NCBI GenBank assembly: GCA_902788545.1
Contig: CADAKR010000008.1
Span: forward strand, 1 to 44,225
DNA: 44,225 nt
From: an uncultured Coriobacteriaceae bacterium
GTDB taxonomy: Bacteria; Actinomycetota; Coriobacteriia; Coriobacteriales; Eggerthellaceae
Direction of reading: 5' to 3'
In this document: piece by piece, positions 38,744 through 44,225 of the stretch
Position numbering within the stretch: position 1 is the stretch's first letter
Layout: every line of letters starts with the position of its first letter
Made by a program: the position numbers and the translations under genes
The notes under the pieces: model-generated
Databases searched by the model: none
What the model saw: the letters and a program-made list of their open reading frames with translations, nothing else
Told to the model about the DNA's origin: nothing

Positions 38744-40006
38744 GTGGCTGTACCCGAGTTGATTTCGCTGGAAGATGCGCGCGAGCTGGTCTTGGCGCAC
38801 GTCGAGGCGTTGGAAGTTGAAGAAGTCGGCATTCTCGACATGATCGGGCGCGTGGCCGCCGACGACCTGACGAGCGACATAGACATCTCGCCGTTCGCGC
38901 ACGCGGCCATGGACGGTTTCGCCATGCGCGCCGCGCAATTGGAAGGCGCCGCACCCGATGCGCCGGTCGAGCTCGACGTCATCGCCGAAGTGCCGGCGGG
39001 CGCATGGTACGACGGCGCCATCGAGGAAGGCCAATGCGTGCGCATCATGACGGGCGCCCCGCTTCCCAAGGCGGCCGATGCCGTCGTGAAATACGAGGTC
39101 GTCGACGTGGTTGCCGGCGATGGCCGCGAAGGCAGCCGCGTGGCGTTCACCAAGGCGGCTGCCGCAGGCGACAACATCCGCGCAGCCGGCGAAGAGGCGA
39201 AAGCCGGCGAGGTCATCGTTCACGCGGGCGAGGTCGTCCACTCTGCTGGCGTTGGCTTTTTGGCAGGTTGCGGCGTCACGCGCTGCACGACGTACCGCCG
39301 CCCCACGGTGGCCATCATCGCCACCGGCTCCGAGCTGGTCGAGCCGACCGAGGTGCCCACGCAAGGCAAGATCCGCAATTCCAACAGCTACGCGCTCGCG
39401 TCATGTGCCATCGACGCAGGTGCCATCCCCACCGTGCTGCCCATTTCGCCCGACAATTTCGAGGGCCTGCGTGCCACGGTCGTGGCTGCAACCGCCGATT
39501 ATGACTTCGTCGTCACGAGCGGAGGTGCCGCCAACGGCGATTACGACTTCATCAAGAAAGTCGTCGACGATGCCGGCGAGCTGCTCATGTCCACCGTGAA
39601 CATGCGCCCGGGCAAGGCGCAGACGTTCGGCATCGTGAACGGCACACCCGTGTTCGGCCTGCCCGGCAACCCGGCGGCGGCTTACCTCGGCTTCGAGATG
39701 ATCGTCCGTCCGGCGCTGCGCAAGATGCAAGGCTACTCGCATTTCGAGCGGCCCATCGTGAAGGCCCGCCTGACCGCCGCCCAGAAGAAGAAGGATCCGC
39801 GTCGCATCTTCAACCGCGCCACGCTTTCGAAGGACGATGAGGGCTACCTGGTCACGCCGGCGAAAAACCAGAGCTCGGGCCTGTTCGGCCCCATCCAGAA
39901 GGCGAACTGCTTCGTCATCTTGCCCGAAGGCGAAAGCCGCACATACGAGGTCGGCGAGCTCGTCGATTGCGTGCTGCTCGACATTCCCGAGGAGGTGCTG
40001 CTGTAA
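38744..40006 (+). CDS. moeA: Molybdopterin molybdenumtransferase MoeA
   Basis: About 420 aa from GTG 38744, with an AAAGGA RBS. It has PFAHAAMDGFA, GSELV and SGGAANGDYDF motifs. Confidence 0.85.
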   Translation: MAVPELISLEDARELVLAHVEALEVEEVGILDMIGRVAADDLTSDIDISPFAHAAMDGFAMRAAQLEGAAPDAPVELDVIAEVPAGAWYDGAIEEGQCVRIMTGAPLPKAADAVVKYEVVDVVAGDGREGSRVAFTKAAAAGDNIRAAGEEAKAGEVIVHAGEVVHSAGVGFLAGCGVTRCTTYRRPTVAIIATGSELVEPTEVPTQGKIRNSNSYALASCAIDAGAIPTVLPISPDNFEGLRATVVAATADYDFVVTSGGAANGDYDFIKKVVDDAGELLMSTVNMRPGKAQTFGIVNGTPVFGLPGNPAAAYLGFEMIVRPALRKMQGYSHFERPIVKARLTAAQKKKDPRRIFNRATLSKDDEGYLVTPAKNQSSGLFGPIQKANCFVILPEGESRTYEVGELVDCVLLDIPEEVLL

Positions 40007-40482
40007 TGGCAGATCTGAAATTCGCAATCGTGACGTGCTCGGACACGCGCTCGATCGAGGAGGACACGGCGGGCGCGGCGCTCGAGGGCCTCATCGCCGA
40101 GAACGGCTGGGAGTGTGCGAGCCGCGTCATCGTGAAGGACGAACGCGCCGATATCGCGGCCGCCATCGTCGAAGCGTGCGACACGATCGACGCCGACATC
40201 GTGCTGACATGCGGCGGCAGCGGGCTTTCGCTGCGCGACGTCACGCCCGAGGCCACCCAGGACGTGTGCGACCGCAACGTTCCCGGCATCGCCGAGGCCA
40301 TGCGCGCCCATTCGCTGGCTATCACGCCCTACGCCATGTTGTCGCGCGCGCTGTGCATGCAGCGTGGGCGCCATATCGTCATCAACCTGCCCGGCAGCGA
40401 GAAGGCCGCGCGCGAGAACTGGGACGGCATCGTGGCCGCCCTCCCGCACGCCGCCAAGATGATGGCCGGCGGCGGACACTAG
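40006..40482 (+). CDS. moaB: MogA/MoaB-family molybdenum cofactor biosynthesis protein
   Basis: 158 aa. The start overlaps the moeA stop (TAATG). It has the motif TCGGSGLSLRDVTPEA. Confidence 0.85.
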   Translation: MADLKFAIVTCSDTRSIEEDTAGAALEGLIAENGWECASRVIVKDERADIAAAIVEACDTIDADIVLTCGGSGLSLRDVTPEATQDVCDRNVPGIAEAMRAHSLAITPYAMLSRALCMQRGRHIVINLPGSEKAARENWDGIVAALPHAAKMMAGGGH

Positions 40483-40502
40483 GCGCCAAACCGCACCGCA
40501 AT

Positions 40503-40558
40503 AACCCGGACGTTTCGCTTCGAGCCGGACGTCCGGCTCGAAGCGAAACGTCCGGGTT
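40503..40558. repeat. Family-1 palindrome, 56-bp perfect palindrome
   Basis: AACCCGGACGTTTCGCTTCGAGCCGGAC|GTCCGGCTCGAAGCGAAACGTCCGGGTT. The arms are exact reverse complements with no loop. Confidence 0.7.
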
Positions 40559-40629
40559 GAAGATTCCAACTTGCATACACGTTGCAGGCGAGCGGATGTC
40601 CGCGCCTTTCGTTGCATTATCATGGCATC

Positions 40630-42102
40630 ATGAAACTGCGACTTGGACAGATCACGGCGGCGGCGATGCTCGCGCTTGTCGCTGCCCTGTTTCCCGCCTA
40701 TGCGGCACACGCCGACGAAGTGCACGAAATCCCACTCGTCATGATCGTGGTCGAATACGACGGAGGCAGCGATCCCGAGGCCGCCGTTCTCTATGACGAT
40801 GATTACAACTGGTCGGCTGCGCTGTTCAGCGAAGGGGAATCCCCCGCTTCGTATTACCGCGACATGTCGGGAGGCTCCTTTACCTTCACGCCTGCGAAGG
40901 AGACGAGCGAGACGGGTGTCGACGACAACACGAACAACGCCGACCGTGTTGACGACGGCGTCATCCACGTGACGTTGCGCGAGCGCCATGACGCATGGGG
41001 GGCCGTGAACGTCGACCGCGACGTGACCAGCGATTTCGCGCAGATGGTCATGCGGGCGCTCGACGCCGCATCTTCCCGTATCGATTTCTCAGCCTACGAC
41101 ACGAACGGCGATGGCGTCATTTCGCAGGATGAACTTGCAATCTGCCTTTGCATCGCGGGCTACGAAGCGTCGCCGATCACCGACTTCCGCAGGACGGACG
41201 TTCCGCTCATGTGGGCACACGCAGGCATTCTCGCTTTCACCAGCGCTCGTGACCAGACGGTCGACAACCTGCGCTTCGAAACGTATATCGCCATATCAGA
41301 GCGTTATTGGGAGGAATACGACCCCATCGAAACCGCCGAATACGAACCGCTGGGAATCGTCTACCACGAACTGGGGCACGCCTTGGGGCTGCCTGACTTG
41401 TATGCCGTCAAGTACACGGAGGGCGCCTGGAGCGATAGCAAAATCGGACCGCTGAGCCTTATGGACGAGGGCGGTTGGCAATACGCCGACATGGGCGACG
41501 GCCTGCGCAACATCCCCACGTCGCTCGACGCGTGGAGCCGTTATGCGCTGGGCTGGACCGAGCCGACCATCGTGGCACGCAGCGGCGACTTCCGCGTGTC
41601 GAGCCAGCTATCCGATTCCGGCTACACCGCCCTCATCATCCCCACGAGCGACCCGGACGAGTACTTCCTCGTGGAGAATCGCCAGGCAGAAGGCCACGAC
41701 GTCAGCTTGGCGCCCGATTACCTTGGCCCGGGCGGCGTGGTGATCTGGCATGTCGACAACGCGATGTACGAGCGCTATTACGACGCGAACCAGGTGAACG
41801 ACGCCAACCACCGCCCCGCCGTCATGGCCGATGACGCATCTGGGGAAACAAGCGTCAACCTCATGTTGTACAGCAACGAGAATGACGCGCCCGATGCGCT
41901 CGAAAACGCCGGCATCACCTTGCAGCTCGAAGCCAACCCGGGCCGCGACACCATCGTCCACGTCGAACTTGACGACAAGGCCGGCGTCCTGAACACAACC
42001 CACTTGTTCAACGACGTCGCGAAAAAACAGCTTGACATGACCGACGACAAGGAACTGTTCGACTCCATCATGCCCCTGTTGAAAGCCGCCATCAAAAACT
42101 AG
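40630..42102 (+). CDS. Secreted M6-family (immune inhibitor A-like) zinc metalloprotease
   Basis: About 490 aa from ATG 40630 with a signal peptide (AYAAHA). It has the zinc motif VYHELGHALGLPDLY. No clear SD is present, so the start is uncertain. Confidence 0.8.
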   Translation: MKLRLGQITAAAMLALVAALFPAYAAHADEVHEIPLVMIVVEYDGGSDPEAAVLYDDDYNWSAALFSEGESPASYYRDMSGGSFTFTPAKETSETGVDDNTNNADRVDDGVIHVTLRERHDAWGAVNVDRDVTSDFAQMVMRALDAASSRIDFSAYDTNGDGVISQDELAICLCIAGYEASPITDFRRTDVPLMWAHAGILAFTSARDQTVDNLRFETYIAISERYWEEYDPIETAEYEPLGIVYHELGHALGLPDLYAVKYTEGAWSDSKIGPLSLMDEGGWQYADMGDGLRNIPTSLDAWSRYALGWTEPTIVARSGDFRVSSQLSDSGYTALIIPTSDPDEYFLVENRQAEGHDVSLAPDYLGPGGVVIWHVDNAMYERYYDANQVNDANHRPAVMADDASGETSVNLMLYSNENDAPDALENAGITLQLEANPGRDTIVHVELDDKAGVLNTTHLFNDVAKKQLDMTDDKELFDSIMPLLKAAIKN

Positions 42103-42109
42103 ACCGAAC

Positions 42110-42161
42110 GTGGGTTATCGGGGACAGGAGAGAAAGGCCCCGCGGGTTCCCGAAAACCCAC
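42110..42161 (+). repeat. Family-3 stem-loop element, copy 2
   Basis: GTGGGTTATCGGGGACAGGAGAGAAA...AAAACCCAC, beginning 8 nt after the protease stop. It has the same orientation relative to its upstream gene as copy 1. Confidence 0.55.
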
Positions 42162-42190
42162 AAAAAAAGGCCGCCCGTAGGCGGCCTTTC
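42162..42190 (-). terminator. Rho-independent terminator of rplQ (possibly bidirectional)
   Basis: 10-bp stem AAAGGCCGCC/GGCGGCCTTT with loop CGTA. It is followed on the - strand by TTTTTTT and on the + strand by TTTC. Confidence 0.75.
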
Positions 42191-42209
42191 GTGCGTGAAC
42201 GTTGAAGCT

Positions 42210-42878
42210 CTATTCGGCAGCTTCCTCGGCGGCCTCTTCCGCGGCCTCGGCCACGTCCTCGGCGACCTCTTCAGCAGCCTCTTCGGCGGCTTCCTCGGCT
42301 TCGGCGGCAACCTCGGCAGCCTCGGTGGCCTCTTCGACCTCGGCAGCCTTGTCGGCAGCCTCGACGGCCTCTTCGGCTTCCTCGACGACCTCGGCCTCAA
42401 CAGCCTCGAGCTCTTCGACGGCTTCCTTCTCCTCGACGACCTTCTCGGCCTTCTTGGCCTTGGTGGCCTTCTTCGGCTCGGCTGCAGCCTTCGACTTCTT
42501 CTGCACCGGCTCGGTGCACAGCTCCATGATCACCATGGGAGCACCGTCGCCCTTGCGGGGACCGAGCTTCATGATGCGGGTGTAGCCACCCTGACGGTCG
42601 GCGAACATGCCCTGCGCGACCTTCTCGAAGACCTCGCGGACGATTTCCTTGTTCTGCTCGCCGCCACCCAGACGGGCGATGGCCAGACGGCGGGAATGAA
42701 GGTCGCCCTTCTTAGCCCACGTGATGATGCGGTCGACCTCGGGACGAATCTCCTTCGCACGCGACTCGATCGTCTTGATGCGGTCGTTGTACAGAAGCGC
42801 GGCGGTCAGCGAGCGCTTCATCGCCTTGGTGTGCGACGCATCGGTGCCGAGCTTGCGACCCTTGTAGTTGTGTCTCAT
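42210..42878 (-). CDS. rplQ: 50S ribosomal protein L17 with ~100-aa acidic E/A-rich C-terminal tail
   Basis: 222 aa. The L17 core (aa 1-121) runs MRHNYKGRKLGTDASHTKAM...GDGAPMVIMEL. The tail is K/A then E/A/V repeats. Confidence 0.95.
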   Translation of the reverse strand: MRHNYKGRKLGTDASHTKAMKRSLTAALLYNDRIKTIESRAKEIRPEVDRIITWAKKGDLHSRRLAIARLGGGEQNKEIVREVFEKVAQGMFADRQGGYTRIMKLGPRKGDGAPMVIMELCTEPVQKKSKAAAEPKKATKAKKAEKVVEEKEAVEELEAVEAEVVEEAEEAVEAADKAAEVEEATEAAEVAAEAEEAAEEAAEEVAEDVAEAAEEAAEEAAE

Positions 42879-42894
42879 AATTCCGAATCTCCTA

Positions 42895-43845
42895 TTACAG
42901 CTTGAGGTTCAGGCCCATCGAGATGAGCTTGTCCTTCACTTCCTCGATGGACTTGGCACCGAAGTTCCTAATGTTGAGCAGGTCGTTCTCGGAGAACTCG
43001 ACCAGCTGGCGCACCGAGTGGATGCCGGCGCGCTTCAAGCAGTTGTACGAGCGCACGGACAGGTCGAGGTCTTCGATCTGCTTGTCCAGCTCGGCGTTGG
43101 ATTCCTGGCCCTCGGGCGCGAAAATCGAGACGACCTCGACCTCTTCCTCGCCCTCGACCTCGGCCAGCGCCATAAATGCGCCCATGTACTGGTTGATGAT
43201 GTTGACGGCGGAGAGAACAGCGTCGACCGGCTTGATGGAGCCGTCGGTCTCAACCTCGAGCACCAGCTTGTCGTAGTCGGTGCGCTGACCCACACGCGTG
43301 TTGGTAACGTTCATCGTGCAACGGCGAACCGGCGAGAACAGCGAGTCGACATGGATGATGCCGATCGGGTCCTCGGTGCGCTTGTTGCGCTCGGCGGACA
43401 CGTAGCCACGGCCCACGCCGATGCGAATCGACATCTCGAGCTGGCCGCCGTCGGCAACCGTCGCGATGACGTGATCGGGGTTGATGAGCGTGAACTCGGT
43501 CGGGACCTGCAGATCGGCGCCGGTGACCACGCACGGGCCCTCGGCGGACACATGCGCAACCGCTTCCTCGATGTCGTTGTTGAGCGCCTGGAACACCAAG
43601 CCCTTGACGTTCAGGACGATGTCGGTGATGTCCTCGATGACGCCCTCGGCGGTGGTGAACTCGTGCTGGACGCCCTCGATCTGGATGGCGGTCGCCTTCG
43701 CGCCGTCGAGCGAAGAGAGCAGCACGCGGCGCAGCGAGTTGCCCAGCGTGTTGCCGTAGCCGCGCTCGAGCGGATCGACGATGAAACGCGCGACGGTCTC
43801 GTTGACTTCTTCCGTTGTAACTGTCGGCCTCATGAACTCTGTCAT
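42895..43845 (-). CDS. rpoA: DNA-directed RNA polymerase subunit alpha
   Basis: 316 aa with an NTD (GYGNTLGNSLRRVLLSS) and a CTD (LDLSVRSYNCLKRAGI). Confidence 0.97.
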   Translation of the reverse strand: MTEFMRPTVTTEEVNETVARFIVDPLERGYGNTLGNSLRRVLLSSLDGAKATAIQIEGVQHEFTTAEGVIEDITDIVLNVKGLVFQALNNDIEEAVAHVSAEGPCVVTGADLQVPTEFTLINPDHVIATVADGGQLEMSIRIGVGRGYVSAERNKRTEDPIGIIHVDSLFSPVRRCTMNVTNTRVGQRTDYDKLVLEVETDGSIKPVDAVLSAVNIINQYMGAFMALAEVEGEEEVEVVSIFAPEGQESNAELDKQIEDLDLSVRSYNCLKRAGIHSVRQLVEFSENDLLNIRNFGAKSIEEVKDKLISMGLNLKL

Positions 43846-43876
43846 GTGTGATAAGCCTCCTTAACTTACGGCGCGA

Positions 43877-44225
43877 TTACTTCGAGTAAAGTTCGACGAT
43901 CAGCTGCTCGTTAATGTCGAGATCGATCTGATCGCGAGTGGGAAGCGAGAGCACGCTGCCCTGCAACTTCTCGATGTCGACCTCCAGCCAAGCCGGAACC
44001 GACACGCGCTCGTTGCTGACCAGGGCGCTCTTGATGACGAGCAGTTCCTTGGCCTTCGGCGCCACGGCGACCAGGTCGCCCGGACGCACGCGGTACGACG
44101 GGATGTCGACGCGCTTGCCATTGACGGTGATATGACCATGCGTGACCGTCTGACGCGCTTCCTTGCGCGTGCGGGCGAAGCCCAGGCGGAACACGACGTT
44201 GTCGAGACGCGATTCGAGGATGCGC
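43877..44225 (-). CDS. rpsD: 30S ribosomal protein S4 (C-terminal part; N terminus lies beyond the window end)
   Basis: S4 domain ARQTVTHGHITVNGKRVDIPSYRVRPGD. The reading frame stays open to the window edge, and the order rpsD-rpoA-rplQ is conserved. Confidence 0.9.
   Translation of the reverse strand, partial: RILESRLDNVVFRLGFARTRKEARQTVTHGHITVNGKRVDIPSYRVRPGDLVAVAPKAKELLVIKSALVSNERVSVPAWLEVDIEKLQGSVLSLPTRDQIDLDINEQLIVELYSK

Noticed and set aside
40582-40629. TTG-initiated 16-codon extension of the M6 protease ORF
   Set aside because: The extension precedes a typical signal peptide that starts at ATG 40630, and neither start has a clear SD. The start remains uncertain.

Overview
High-GC window (roughly 60-65% by eye) that looks like a core chromosomal region of a Gram-positive Actinomycetota-type organism. 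The class guess, Coriobacteriia/Eggerthellaceae-like, rests on gene content and codon style only. About 40 genes are supported, mostly on the minus strand and mostly housekeeping: dnaX-ybaB-recR preceded by SRP RNA, aspS, glmU-like-prs-adh-pth, alr-udg-folC, eno, moeA-moaB, rplQ-rpoA-rpsD, hpf, ahcY. I found no tRNA, rRNA, CRISPR array, integrase, transposase or recognisable defence system. The many long antisense ORFs in the track are GC-driven shadow ORFs. Items worth a second look: (1) A complete D-alanylation (dlt) locus with non-canonical architecture. The order is small lipoprotein, dltA, dltB, dltC, dltD, a 60-aa DltX-like peptide ending in FIYNQF, then a 435-aa membrane protein with a long disordered tail and a transglutaminase-like Cys-His-Asp ectodomain. 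(2) An orphan near-consensus promoter between convergent genes, followed by two strong hairpins whose loops carry CCUCC anti-Shine-Dalgarno motifs, which makes it a candidate sRNA. (3) Three families of intergenic palindromic repeats. One includes a 56-bp perfect palindrome and shows compensatory arm changes between copies. (4) A GlmU-like gene lacking the acetyltransferase half, a probable frameshift at the 3' end of an MFS gene, and a stand-alone processive GT2 synthase behind a structured leader. All calls come from reading the sequence and ORF translations. No database search or folding program was run, so RNA boundaries and start codons are approximate.
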